From: Eubacteriales bacterium
GTDB lineage: Bacteria; Bacillota; Clostridia; Oscillospirales; CAG-272
Direction of reading: 5' to 3'
Assembly (NCBI GenBank): GCA_045535915.1
Contig: JAZSMP010000340.1
Span: 1 to 32,577, forward strand
DNA: 32,577 bases
A program made the translations under genes and the position numbers. The notes under the pieces are model-generated. The model did no database searches, was not told the origin of the DNA, and saw only the letters and a list, made by a program, of their open reading frames with translations. Positions 1-9,254 of this stretch are shown piece after piece. Within the stretch, counting starts at the first letter, position 1, and each line of letters opens with the position of its first letter.

Positions 1-977
1 GTGAGTCCGAGCATATGCTCCATTGACATTTCGGCAGCATATTCGATCTGGTCGATACCCATTTCAAAAAGCTCGCAGAGTGCCGCGGCAGCCATAGAAC
101 AAGCCGTTCCGACCTCCGCCTGACACCCGCACTCGGCTCCCGATATCGAAGCGTTCTGCTTAACAATATTTCCGACGAGACCGCCAACAGCCAAAGCTTC
201 AATTATTTTGTCATCGGTGAATCCCTTTGTATCCTGCATATACTTCAGAACCGCAGGAAGCACCGCACAAGCGCCGCAAGTGGGTGCTGTGACAATTCTA
301 CCGCAGGATGCGTTCTGTTCAGCAGCGGCAAAGGCGTAGGCACAGACGATGCGGTTCTGTCTTGTCTCGGGACTTTCGTCGATATGAAGTCTGCCGTAAA
401 GAAGCTGCGCAACTCGCTCAACATTCAGTCCGCCGGGGAGTATACCGCTTGTAGTAAGTCCCGCCTGTATCTCGGCTTTCATTACCTCCCATACTTCGGC
501 AAGATAATCTTTGATATTTTCATCTTCGCGCTCGTAAACGTAATCGCAAAGGCGGATATTACGGGAAAGGCAATAATCTTCGATCTCCTTGAAGCAGGTT
601 TCGCTGTAAATCTCCGGGGGCTCGATGCTCTTCTCTCCTTCGACTCGGATATCCCCGCCGCCTATCGACATTACACGTCTTTGTGCGACGATCGTGTCAT
701 CTTTGTAAGCGATAAAATCCATTGTATTTTCATGGGGCAGCTTCTTCTCTTCAACATTAAAAACTATCTCAACATTTCGGTCGCCGAAAACTTCTTTGAT
801 CGACACATCGGTAAGATGACCTTTACCCGTAAGAGCAAGCGAACCGTACAGTATTACCTTATAGAGATCGGCATCGGGAGCAACATCAAGAAAATAACGC
901 GATGCGTATTCGGGACCCATGGTATGAGAACTGGATGGTCCGTTGCCGATCTTATACAAATGCCTGAGCGACTTCAT
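1..977 (-). CDS. sdaA: L-serine dehydratase (iron-sulfur dependent, fused beta+alpha domains). It is partial because the C-terminus lies beyond the window start.
   Basis: This gene is absent from the ORF track because it runs off the window. Hand translation of the minus strand from the ATG at 977-975 gives [22 protein letters not shown]. Near position 1 it gives [48 protein letters not shown]. Both are hallmark blocks of L-serine ammonia-lyase. The start lies 1 nt after the stop of the upstream gene. Confidence 0.85.
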   Translation of the reverse strand, partial: [325 protein letters not shown]

Positions 978-978
978 A

Positions 979-1902
979 TCAATCAAGAAATCCTTTCAAA
1001 ATTCTTTCTTCCGCTTCCTTTTCATCAAGACCGAGAGTCATGAGTTTAAGAAGCTGTTCACCAGCTATTTTACCGATGGCAGCCTCATGGACGAGCACAG
1101 AATCCGGGTGCTCTGCAACGATAGCGGGAATAGAGCTGATCTTTGCGTTACCCATAATGATCGAATCACATTCTACATGTCCGAAACATTCTGCGCGTCC
1201 GGTCATTTTAGGATAGAAAACCTGGACAGAATCGTCGGTAGCGACGCTTCGGGAAAGTACTCTTCCGTTAGCACCTTCACCTTCGAGGGTGATTTCCATA
1301 TCGGAATGTGCAGTCTGCTTACCGTGAGTCATAAGCTTTTCGGTGATTATAACTTCTGCGTTTTTACCGACATAAATATCGGTATTTCTGTTAGTTGAGT
1401 CAACGCCCTTGATCTGGGTAGTTTCAAAAGTAACAGACGAACCCTCGCCTATATACACTTTTGTCACGGGATTGAGGATCCTATCGCCGCTTCCCTCGCC
1501 TTCTCCGTAATGCTTTTCAACATAGCGAAGCTTACTGTTTTTACCGATATAAAATGTATGAATGCCGTCGTGCTGAGCAGTCTCGCATCCCGAGTTATGG
1601 ATTCCGCAACCAGCGACAATAAGCACGTCGCAGTCATCGCCGATATAGAAATCGTTGTAAGTCATATCGTTAAGTCCCGACTCGGTCACAATTACCGGAA
1701 TATGAACCGATTCATTCTTGGTTCCATCCTTGATTTTAATATCAATACCGGGTTTATCGGTCTTAGATTCTATAGAAATATTAGCTGTAGACGAACGGCT
1801 GGCTGCCTGACCGTTTTTACGAATATTATATGCTCCTTGCGGAGTTTTCTCCAGATCTGCTATCTGGCGGAGCAGTCCGAGTTCTGTTTGACTCAATGCC
1901 AT
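979..1902 (-). CDS. SufB/SufD-family Fe-S cluster assembly scaffold-like protein (short, SmsB-like)
   Basis: The track ORF is 979..1926. Its length and beta-helix-like repetitive sequence (VHIPVIVTESG, IVAGCGIHNSGCE, FYIGKNSKL, VYIGEGSSV, IYVGKNAEV, HEAAIGKI) fit the SufBD family, and it is paired with a SufC-like ATPase. I prefer the ATG at 1902 (MALSQTELG), 4 nt after the upstream stop. The TTG at 1926 would overlap the upstream gene by 20 nt. Confidence 0.75.
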   Translation of the reverse strand: MALSQTELGLLRQIADLEKTPQGAYNIRKNGQAASRSSTANISIESKTDKPGIDIKIKDGTKNESVHIPVIVTESGLNDMTYNDFYIGDDCDVLIVAGCGIHNSGCETAQHDGIHTFYIGKNSKLRYVEKHYGEGEGSGDRILNPVTKVYIGEGSSVTFETTQIKGVDSTNRNTDIYVGKNAEVIITEKLMTHGKQTAHSDMEITLEGEGANGRVLSRSVATDDSVQVFYPKMTGRAECFGHVECDSIIMGNAKISSIPAIVAEHPDSVLVHEAAIGKIAGEQLLKLMTLGLDEKEAEERILKGFLD

Positions 1903-1906
1903 ATCT

Positions 1907-2650
1907 TCACTGCCCTTTCTTTTCAAATTCGTTAATACGCTTGCATCCCGGAGTCATGCCCGCAAGGATCGAGGGGAATATTTCTTCCTTGGATCCTCTG
2001 CGGTCGACTCTTCCGTCAGAAAGCACGATAATCTCATCGGCAAGTCCGATGATTCTTTCCTGATGCGAGATAATAATCATAGTCGCATCGGAATTTCTAT
2101 GGAGATCACCAAAGGTTTCGGTAAGTTTTGCAAAAGACCAAAGATCTATTCCTGCCTCGGGTTCATCAAATATCATTAGAGAAGAATTTCTGGCAAGAAT
2201 GGTCGCAATCTCAATTCTTTTAACTTCTCCGCCCGAAAGCGAAGTGTCAACTTCTCTTTCGATATAATCAGCTGCGCAAAGCCCTACTTTATTAAGATAC
2301 ATGCAACATTCGGTTGTCGAGAGCCTGTCCTTGCCTGATGCAAGTTCCAAAAGATCGCGTACCTTAAGTCCTTTGAATCTGGGAGGCTGCTGAAAACCGT
2401 AACTGATTCCCAAGCGGGCGCGTTCTGTTATACTCATATCGGTAATATCAACACCGTTGTAAAATATTTTACCCGATGTAGGCTTGACAAGACCCATTAT
2501 CGCCTTTGCAAGCGTAGTTTTACCGCCACCGTTGGGTCCTGTTAAAACAACAAATTTAGAATCGTCTATATCGAGATCGATCCCTTTCAAAATTTCTTTT
2601 CTCTCTTCGCCGTTTTCTGCTATCAGCGAAAGATTTCTGATACTTAACAT
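1907..2650 (-). CDS. sufC: SufC-like Fe-S cluster assembly ABC ATPase
   Basis: It carries Walker A GPNGGGKTT, ABC signature LSGGEVKR, Walker B LMIFDEPEAGID and an H-loop ISHQ. It is a soluble ATPase of about 247 aa next to a SufBD-family gene. An AAGAGGA RBS precedes the ATG. Confidence 0.85.
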   Translation of the reverse strand: MLSIRNLSLIAENGEERKEILKGIDLDIDDSKFVVLTGPNGGGKTTLAKAIMGLVKPTSGKIFYNGVDITDMSITERARLGISYGFQQPPRFKGLKVRDLLELASGKDRLSTTECCMYLNKVGLCAADYIEREVDTSLSGGEVKRIEIATILARNSSLMIFDEPEAGIDLWSFAKLTETFGDLHRNSDATMIIISHQERIIGLADEIIVLSDGRVDRRGSKEEIFPSILAGMTPGCKRINEFEKKGQ

Positions 2651-2665
2651 AATGTCCTCTTAGTT

Positions 2666-3556
2666 TTATAAATATAACTTTAAAGTGTCCTCTACCCAAT
2701 AAATAAATTCGGCATCGGGCAGTAAATGTTCGTAAGTTTTCATACGCAAATACAAATCACAACCGTCCGATGGATCATGCCATATATCTGTAAATACGGT
2801 ACTATATCCGCCTTCCTTCATTTGCTTTTCAGCAAAATCAAAAGCGTCACTTTCAACGATCTTTATCTTTTCGGGATATTCGAATTGAGGCAGAATATAT
2901 TGTTTGAATAAATCTATAACGTCACGGCTTCTCTCGACAACGGTAACAAATTCAACATCATCCTTTAATGAAGCCATATAAGTGAAATATCCTAACCCAA
3001 GACCGTAAGTCAATACTTTGCCTTTAGAACGTTCAATAGCATATTGGGTTGTATTGGTTTCGTTTGGCATCAAAGTCATCCATTCGCGCCCGTTTTCAAG
3101 AACGGCGGGAAAAGGATAATCAACGTCAAAGAAACCTATACAAGGAATAATGCGACCGTCATCATGCACTCGCGGATCGTCGTAGACAAAAGCCTCATAC
3201 GCTTTGCACAATCTTGTTTCAAACGTCCATTTACCCTTACATCCGTCGGGGAATTTTATATTTTGATAATATGCATCCTGTAAATACGGCGTAACATCCA
3301 GCTTTTTGAAGCAAGGAAGAAAATGAGAACGAAAAAAGGCTTTGTCATCGGTATTTTCATAAATATCAAGACCGCAGGCTGTCGCCGCAAGGTTGGCAAA
3401 CGCAAATTCTTCTCCGTCTGCATTACCGCACGTGATCTCTTCGATCATTGAACGGTCAATGTAATCGGGAGCAAGGTTCAAGTATATACTTAATACCTTA
3501 AAAAGCCTTTGATTAGCGGATTCATTATAGGTTGTATTTTGAGATAACAATGACAT
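2666..3556 (-). CDS. Uncharacterised protein with a C-terminal spermidine-synthase-like / class I SAM-methyltransferase fold
   Basis: The ORF is 296 aa with a GGAAGAG RBS. The C-terminal half has a glycine-rich motif I (VLTYGLGLGYF), an acidic strand end (VTVVERS), ESDAFDF, and VFTDIWHDPSD, which resembles the aminopropyltransferase D..D.SDP block. I do not recognise the N-terminal roughly 170 aa. Confidence 0.5.
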   Translation of the reverse strand: MSLLSQNTTYNESANQRLFKVLSIYLNLAPDYIDRSMIEEITCGNADGEEFAFANLAATACGLDIYENTDDKAFFRSHFLPCFKKLDVTPYLQDAYYQNIKFPDGCKGKWTFETRLCKAYEAFVYDDPRVHDDGRIIPCIGFFDVDYPFPAVLENGREWMTLMPNETNTTQYAIERSKGKVLTYGLGLGYFTYMASLKDDVEFVTVVERSRDVIDLFKQYILPQFEYPEKIKIVESDAFDFAEKQMKEGGYSTVFTDIWHDPSDGCDLYLRMKTYEHLLPDAEFIYWVEDTLKLYL

Positions 3557-3558
3557 AA

Positions 3559-4038
3559 TTACTCTTCCGAATTAATTTTGTTTTTACAGAACAGATTGAC
3601 AATTGGCTTTTGGATACTTGCAAACAAAGAATATATGATAAGCCCGCAAACCAATCCGCATGCTATTCCGGCGGAAACTTCAAAAGTAATCAAGCAAGAT
3701 TCCCACGCAAGCATGTATTCATCTGCCAGAAGATGGCTGAATGTATGGTACAGATATTTTCCCGGTACAAGAATAATTTGCGCAGGAATAAGAAAGATTG
3801 TCGTCGGAGCCTTGAAAAGCTTGGCAGAAACGGCACAGCCGATATATATTATCGTTGCTCCAAATAGATTTGAAGCAAACTCGGGAAGCCCGAACTCAAG
3901 CGAGATCAAATATACGCCGGTACCGATAACGCCGACTACAAGCGAAGGAAGCAGCGATCTCAGTGACGCACGAGCCATGAGGGAATATCCGCCTATTCCG
4001 AGCGCGGCGGCAAATAACATAAATAAAATATGTTCCAT
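3559..4038 (-). CDS. Threonine/serine exporter family protein, small subunit (DUF3815 / YjjB-like)
   Basis: This is a polytopic hydrophobic protein directly after a DUF1212-like partner. I moved the start to the ATG at 4038 (MEHILFML), which is preceded by GAGGAGGAAGTA. The track start at 4074 would overlap the upstream gene. Confidence 0.7.
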   Translation of the reverse strand: MEHILFMLFAAALGIGGYSLMARASLRSLLPSLVVGVIGTGVYLISLEFGLPEFASNLFGATIIYIGCAVSAKLFKAPTTIFLIPAQIILVPGKYLYHTFSHLLADEYMLAWESCLITFEVSAGIACGLVCGLIIYSLFASIQKPIVNLFCKNKINSEE

Positions 4039-4048
4039 TACTTCCTCC

Positions 4049-4840
4049 TCAGACGAGCCACAAAGCCGCAGCATAGCCTATAGCAATGAAGATCGCAACG
4101 ACAAGACACTGAAGCGCGCGCATCATACCCGAAATCAGATTACCGTTAAACATATCGTAAACAGCCGTACCGAGAGCCAGTCCGGGAATAAGCATCATGA
4201 TCGTACCGATAAGTACACAGTCAAGATTCTGAGCAAAACCGATATTTACAGACAATTCCGAAAGTGCACCGGCTATAAAGGATCTGACAATTACTTGAAG
4301 ATTACCTTTGTTGAAAGGCAGATCAATTCTTGACACGAGCGCGACTATCAACGCGATCACAGAAGCCGCAAGACTGTCAAGCCACGTTCCGCCGAAAAAC
4401 AAAGTAAAACCGAAAACAACAAGAACTTGTCCCAATACCTGAACCGCTTCGGGATATGGTTTGCTTCGCTTGTACTTCTCTATCTGCTCTCTGGCTTCTG
4501 AAATCGGAATATGGTCTATACATATCTGTCGCGAAATGTTATTGAGCCTCTCAACTCGGTGTAAATTCATAGCCGAGCTTTTTACATGACGCATTTGCTC
4601 GGAAAAAGTTCCGTCCTGCATACGAACCGATGCAACGATCAAAGTTGTGATCGAAAAGGATTCAACGTGCGCTGCACCGTAAGCAAAGCAGATTCTCTCT
4701 ATCGTGTCTTCAACTCTTGAAACTTCCGCTCCGTTTTTTAGAAGGTGTTCTCCGATATCAAGTGCTGTACATAACACTATATCGGCATAACTTTCTGCAT
4801 TAGATTCATCGAAGCTGAATCTGAATGAAGTTTTATCCAC
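4049..4840 (-). CDS. Threonine/serine exporter family protein, large subunit (DUF1212 / YjjP-like, ThrE family)
   Basis: The ORF is 263 aa with a soluble N-terminal part (GEHLLKNGAEVSRVEDTI, typical of ThrE/DUF1212) followed by TM helices. It uses a GTG start preceded by TAAGGAG. Confidence 0.75.
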   Translation of the reverse strand: MDKTSFRFSFDESNAESYADIVLCTALDIGEHLLKNGAEVSRVEDTIERICFAYGAAHVESFSITTLIVASVRMQDGTFSEQMRHVKSSAMNLHRVERLNNISRQICIDHIPISEAREQIEKYKRSKPYPEAVQVLGQVLVVFGFTLFFGGTWLDSLAASVIALIVALVSRIDLPFNKGNLQVIVRSFIAGALSELSVNIGFAQNLDCVLIGTIMMLIPGLALGTAVYDMFNGNLISGMMRALQCLVVAIFIAIGYAAALWLV

Positions 4841-4851
4841 GGTAATACTCC

Positions 4852-6006
4852 TTATACGGCATCGCTACTATAAAGATGTATTGGCAGCGGGAACCATATT
4901 TTAGCAAAATTCGGCAAACAATCTCGCTTGACAGATACAGCCGCAAACAAAAGATTCATAGCTTCAAGATGCTCGAGAGTAAGATCAGCATCATCTTCAC
5001 AATATTCTACAGAAATCGCACCATTAGCAACCGAAACAGCAATCTTTTCTTCTCGTGCTTTACCGTTAATGTCTAAAACTATTTTTCCATCCGGTAAATC
5101 GGTATAAGTCGCTTTCAAATGTATAAACGCCTCTACAACTTCTTTATAGTTCAAAACCGAGAAAGATTTGCAGGGTTCAAGACAATAGTATTCGCAAATA
5201 CCGATCAAAGCATTAACATAATTGGGCAAAAATGAGGGAATCTTTATTTGCATCGTAGAATTGCCCACATGATCATACAGTGCGCAGACAAATTCAGGAA
5301 TCATCGATTCATCCTTTACAAGCAGTTCATTGACTTCGCTCTTAACAACGGCATATCCTACGAATGCATTATCAATGTAGCCGACATAAGCCTTCTGACA
5401 CCAGGAAGACAGTATCTCAAAATATTTTTCTTCACTTCTGATCGCATAATAATCCTTGGACTCCGAAAGTGCTTTGATTTCCTTAATAGCATCCAAATCG
5501 TTTTCTTTCAGTGTTGAAAATTTGATTTTATGATTACGGTTAGTTCCAAATATATGTCTTATGCTATCACTGTTAAAAGACATCGAAACCGACGAACCCA
5601 ATTTATCATATGAGAAGTAATTGTATCTCTGTCTTTTTCCACCGAGAACTGAAAGAGCGACTTCATCAGCGATCATATCGTCAAGTGCGAGATTCATAAG
5701 CTTTTTCATATAACCGGAGCCGCGTGTATAGGGATGAACTGCAACATTACCGATTCCGCGGGTCTTCAGATAACGTCCGCATACTTTGATATCGTGATCA
5801 AAGGCGCCGACGGCAGCCTTGAACTTACCATTATCAAGAGCTACGTAAGAAGAAACTGCAGGCTCGTATTCATACTTATACAGTTTTGGCAAAAGCTTTT
5901 TGAAATCGCTGGAATTACCGTTGAATCCAAAAACGTAATTGATGAAATCCATGTAATCATCGAACATTTCCGCTGTTCCGCGGCCGAAATAAATATTATC
6001 AGACAT
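4852..6006 (-). CDS. GNAT family N-acetyltransferase with a C-terminal sterol-carrier-like domain (Eis-like architecture)
   Basis: The ORF is 384 aa. It has an acetyl-CoA binding block (IGNVAVHPYTRGSGYMKKLMNLALDDM, the R/Q-x-x-G-x-G/A type). Its length and tripartite layout resemble Eis-type GNATs. An AGGAG RBS is present. Confidence 0.65.
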   Translation of the reverse strand: MSDNIYFGRGTAEMFDDYMDFINYVFGFNGNSSDFKKLLPKLYKYEYEPAVSSYVALDNGKFKAAVGAFDHDIKVCGRYLKTRGIGNVAVHPYTRGSGYMKKLMNLALDDMIADEVALSVLGGKRQRYNYFSYDKLGSSVSMSFNSDSIRHIFGTNRNHKIKFSTLKENDLDAIKEIKALSESKDYYAIRSEEKYFEILSSWCQKAYVGYIDNAFVGYAVVKSEVNELLVKDESMIPEFVCALYDHVGNSTMQIKIPSFLPNYVNALIGICEYYCLEPCKSFSVLNYKEVVEAFIHLKATYTDLPDGKIVLDINGKAREEKIAVSVANGAISVEYCEDDADLTLEHLEAMNLLFAAVSVKRDCLPNFAKIWFPLPIHLYSSDAV

Positions 6007-6043
6007 CTTAAAATCTCCTGTTTCTGTTATATTATTTTAATTT

Positions 6044-6910
6044 TTACATAGTTTTAGCTTCGCACACATAATAGTCGGGGAATTCTTTTGAAACCAGCTC
6101 TTTTAGTTTTACTGCATGCGAATGACTGTCGACAAGCGCAAACACTGCCGCTCCGCTTCCCGATAGCAATGCACCGTATGAATGTTCCTGCATAAGCAAT
6201 CTCAATTCTTTGGTCTGCGGACATAATTCGTCTGCGGCAAATTCAAAACGGTTAAACAAGCTTTGGGATATTTCACGAATATTGCCGGATGCGAGCGCCT
6301 TAATCATCTGTTTGGAATCAACAGGTTGGTGCGATACAAATCCGGAGTATATCTCGTCAAGATATCTGTAAGCCGCGGGTGTGGAAATACCTACAGTTGG
6401 CTTGGCTACAACCAAATTTAGTTCCGGCATTGCAATTGATGCAACATACTCCGTCCCGATTCCTCGCATATGTGCTGTTCCACCATATAGAAAGAACGGA
6501 ATGTCGGCTCCCATTGAAGCGGCAATCTCTTGTAGTGCAACAATATCCAGACTATTTTCGCAAAGTTCATTCAATGCTTCCAAAACAGCGGCACCGTCAG
6601 AGCTACCGCCTCCCATTCCCGCTTCATGCGGAATATTTTTTGTTATAATTATCTCCGCTCCGCAGTCAGCATCAATTTTGTCAAAGAAACGTCTTGCGGC
6701 TTTATACGCAATGTTGCGTTCATCGGTAGGTATAGAGTCAATATTGGTTTTTATCAATATTCCTTCGCTCTTGGGCAAAAGACGTACCGATATTTTATCC
6801 GAAACAGAAATTTCCTGCATTACGGTATCAATCGTATGATATCCGTCGCTTCGCCTCCCTGTTATTTCTAGGAACAAATTGATTTTCGCATTAGCGACAA
6901 TTTCAAACAT
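6044..6910 (-). CDS. ispE: 4-diphosphocytidyl-2-C-methyl-D-erythritol kinase
   Basis: The N-terminus AKINLFLEITGRRSDGYHTIDTVMQ and the GHMP kinase motif PHEAGMGGGSSDGAA match IspE, as does the 288 aa length. Confidence 0.9.
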   Translation of the reverse strand: MFEIVANAKINLFLEITGRRSDGYHTIDTVMQEISVSDKISVRLLPKSEGILIKTNIDSIPTDERNIAYKAARRFFDKIDADCGAEIIITKNIPHEAGMGGGSSDGAAVLEALNELCENSLDIVALQEIAASMGADIPFFLYGGTAHMRGIGTEYVASIAMPELNLVVAKPTVGISTPAAYRYLDEIYSGFVSHQPVDSKQMIKALASGNIREISQSLFNRFEFAADELCPQTKELRLLMQEHSYGALLSGSGAAVFALVDSHSHAVKLKELVSKEFPDYYVCEAKTM

Positions 6911-7043
6911 AGCGACATTCCCCCATTATTATATAAATGATATCATAAACTCGAAAATAATTCAATAGTTTTTTTAATATTTATATAAAATATCTTCTAA
7001 ATAATTACTTACAACAATTATAATCTTCTTAATATTATATCAC

Positions 7044-7072
7044 TTGACAAAAATCTATAATTAGGGTATAAT
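7044..7072 (+). promoter_or_regulatory. Sigma-A type promoter for htpG (perfect consensus hexamers)
   Basis: TTGACA lies at 7044-7049, followed by a 17-nt spacer and TATAAT at 7067-7072. This is about 33 nt upstream of the htpG ATG, with an ACGGAGG RBS in between. Confidence 0.6.
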
Positions 7073-7104
7073 ATTTAAGTAACGAATCAACCACGGAGGC
7101 AATT

Positions 7105-8973
7105 ATGTCAGACAAGCTAAACGAAAACGTCCGCCGCGGAGGAATATCCGTTGAGACGCAACATATTTTTCCTATTATTAAAAAATGGCTATATTCGGAT
7201 AAAGATATTTTTCTCAGAGAAATAGTATCGAACGCATCCGATGCGGTTATTAAACTCAAAAGACTTCATTCCCTCGGGCAGTTCACTCTACCGGAAGGCG
7301 AAGAATTCAAAATTACAGTTAAAATCGACACTGACGATTCAACTGTCACTGTTACCGATAACGGTATCGGTATGACACTTGAAGAACTTCAGAAGTATAT
7401 ATGCTCCATTGCTCTTTCGGGTGCTCTCGACTTTATCGAAAAATACGAAGGCGGCGATAAATCCGGCGGCATTATAGGTCATTTCGGTCTCGGATTTTAT
7501 TCTTCCTTCATGGTAAGCGAGACCGTAGAAGTCGACACTCTTTCATATCTGGGTGGCGAAGCAGTTCATTTCACCTGCAATGAAAACGGTGAATACGAAA
7601 TTTCTTCTTCCGACAGAACGGAACGCGGCACTTCTGTAATAATGCACATTTCGGAATCCGAAAAGGAATATCTCGAAGAAGCAAGACTTAAAGGAATACT
7701 TAATAAATATTGCGCATTTATGCCGATTGAGATTTATTTCGTAAACAGCGAATCAAACAACGGCGACGAATGCAAGCCTGTCAACGAGACTTCTCCTCTT
7801 TGGTGCCGTTCTGCAAGCGAGATAACAGAAACTGAATACAACGAATTCTACCACAAAATCTTCAACGACTTTGAAGATCCGCTTTTCAGCATTCATATCA
7901 ATGCTGACTACCCGTTGAATTTCAAGGGAATTCTTTACTTCCCCAGAATCCGCAACGAAGCACAGTCACTCGAGGGCGAAATCAAACTTTATTACAATCA
8001 GGTATTCGTTGCCGACAATATCAAAGAAGTTCTCCCCGAATACCTCCTCATGCTCCGAGGCGCACTTGACTGCCCAGAGCTTCCTCTCAACGTATCGAGA
8101 AGCTATCTTCAGGACAACGCATACGTCAAGAAAATAGCTCAGCACATTGTAAAAAAGGTTGCGGACAAACTAAATACTCTTCTAAACAATGACCGTCCGG
8201 CATACGAGAAAATATACGATGATATCCGCGTATTTATAGAATATGCTTGTCTGCGTGAAAAAAAGTTTTATGACCGCGTAAAAGACAGTCTTATGTTAAG
8301 ACTTGTCGGAGATAACAATGATTGCGGAAAAACTGTAACTATTGACGAATACCTTGAATCTGCAAAGGAAAAGCATGAGGGTAAGGTATATTACACCAAC
8401 GATATCTCGCAGCAGTCGCAGGCGATAGCACTTCTCCGCGGCGAGGGCATAAACGTTGCCATCTTTGATCTTGTTGTTGATTCTCAGTACCTTGCAGCAC
8501 TTGAGCACTACAGACAGGATATCAAGTTTGTAAGAGTTGATTCCGGTGTTGCTGAGGTTATGAAAACCGAATTTCCGGATGATGCAGCAGACAATTCCGA
8601 AGAATTGACCGCACTTTTCAAAAAGGTTTCAAAAAACGAGCAGCTTAATGTCACCTGCGAACAGCTTAAGAACGACGAAATCCCCGCCATTCTTTCGGTA
8701 AGCGAAGAATCAAGACGTATGGAAGATATGATGAAGCTCTATGCACTCGGCGGCAATAATGCAAACGCATTTCCGCTTGATTACACACTGACGCTCAATA
8801 CTTCTTCTCCTCTCTACACAAAACTGATAAATATGATGAGCACATCGGATGAAAAGCTCGAGTTGTTTGCATCCTATATCTACAAATTAGCTCTGATGGC
8901 ACAGAAGAAACCCTCGGCGGAAGAGCTTACTTCTTTCCTTGCCGACAGCTATAAAATACTTGAATTAATATAA
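7105..8973 (+). CDS. htpG: Molecular chaperone HtpG (Hsp90 family)
   Basis: The N-terminal GHKL ATPase signature is FLREIVSNASDA. The blocks VTDNGIGMT and IGHFGLGFYSSFMV are also present. The length is 622 aa. Confidence 0.95.
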   Translation: MSDKLNENVRRGGISVETQHIFPIIKKWLYSDKDIFLREIVSNASDAVIKLKRLHSLGQFTLPEGEEFKITVKIDTDDSTVTVTDNGIGMTLEELQKYICSIALSGALDFIEKYEGGDKSGGIIGHFGLGFYSSFMVSETVEVDTLSYLGGEAVHFTCNENGEYEISSSDRTERGTSVIMHISESEKEYLEEARLKGILNKYCAFMPIEIYFVNSESNNGDECKPVNETSPLWCRSASEITETEYNEFYHKIFNDFEDPLFSIHINADYPLNFKGILYFPRIRNEAQSLEGEIKLYYNQVFVADNIKEVLPEYLLMLRGALDCPELPLNVSRSYLQDNAYVKKIAQHIVKKVADKLNTLLNNDRPAYEKIYDDIRVFIEYACLREKKFYDRVKDSLMLRLVGDNNDCGKTVTIDEYLESAKEKHEGKVYYTNDISQQSQAIALLRGEGINVAIFDLVVDSQYLAALEHYRQDIKFVRVDSGVAEVMKTEFPDDAADNSEELTALFKKVSKNEQLNVTCEQLKNDEIPAILSVSEESRRMEDMMKLYALGGNNANAFPLDYTLTLNTSSPLYTKLINMMSTSDEKLELFASYIYKLALMAQKKPSAEELTSFLADSYKILELI

Positions 8974-8986
8974 GGAAGGTTATACA

Positions 8987-9238
8987 ATGAAACAGTTTAC
9001 TTACACAACAAAAGGCACCTGCTCTCGCGCAATCGAGATAACAGTTGATGACAATTCTGTAATCACATCGGTTAAATTTGTCGGCGGTTGCAGCGGTAAC
9101 ACCCAGGGCGTTGCTGCGCTCGTAAAGGGTATGACAGTTGAGGAAGCAATTTCGAGACTTGAGGGCATCAAGTGCGGTCCCCGCCCAACCTCCTGCCCCG
9201 ACCAGCTCGCAACCGCTCTCAAGGAGAACGCTTTATAA
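8987..9238 (+). CDS. Small TSCPD-domain protein (TIGR03905-like, four cysteines)
   Basis: The ORF is 83 aa. A literal TSCPD motif occurs near the C-terminus (RPTSCPDQLA), and there are four Cys residues (C12, C35, C63, C70). It starts 13 nt after the htpG stop with a GGAAGG RBS. Confidence 0.8.
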   Translation: MKQFTYTTKGTCSRAIEITVDDNSVITSVKFVGGCSGNTQGVAALVKGMTVEEAISRLEGIKCGPRPTSCPDQLATALKENAL

Positions 9239-9254
9239 TTGTGACCCTATTAAT

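Noticed and set aside
384-1935. Plus-strand ORFs 384..1043, 943..1398 and 1510..1935.
   Set aside because: All are antisense to the serine dehydratase and SufBD-family genes, whose minus-strand translations carry clear family signatures. Their products look random.
3578-4333. A 251-aa plus-strand ORF spanning both ThrE-family genes.
   Set aside because: It is antisense to two well-supported membrane-protein genes and crosses their boundary. It has no RBS, and its translation is low-complexity and S/P/R/T-rich, as expected for a shadow frame.
6911-7104. A search of the htpG upstream region for heat-shock operators: CIRCE (TTAGCACTC-N9-GAGTGCTAA) and CtsR (GGTCAAA repeats).
   Set aside because: Neither motif, nor a close variant, is visible. 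Only a consensus sigma-A promoter and AT-rich sequence (also holding the divergent ispE promoter) are present.
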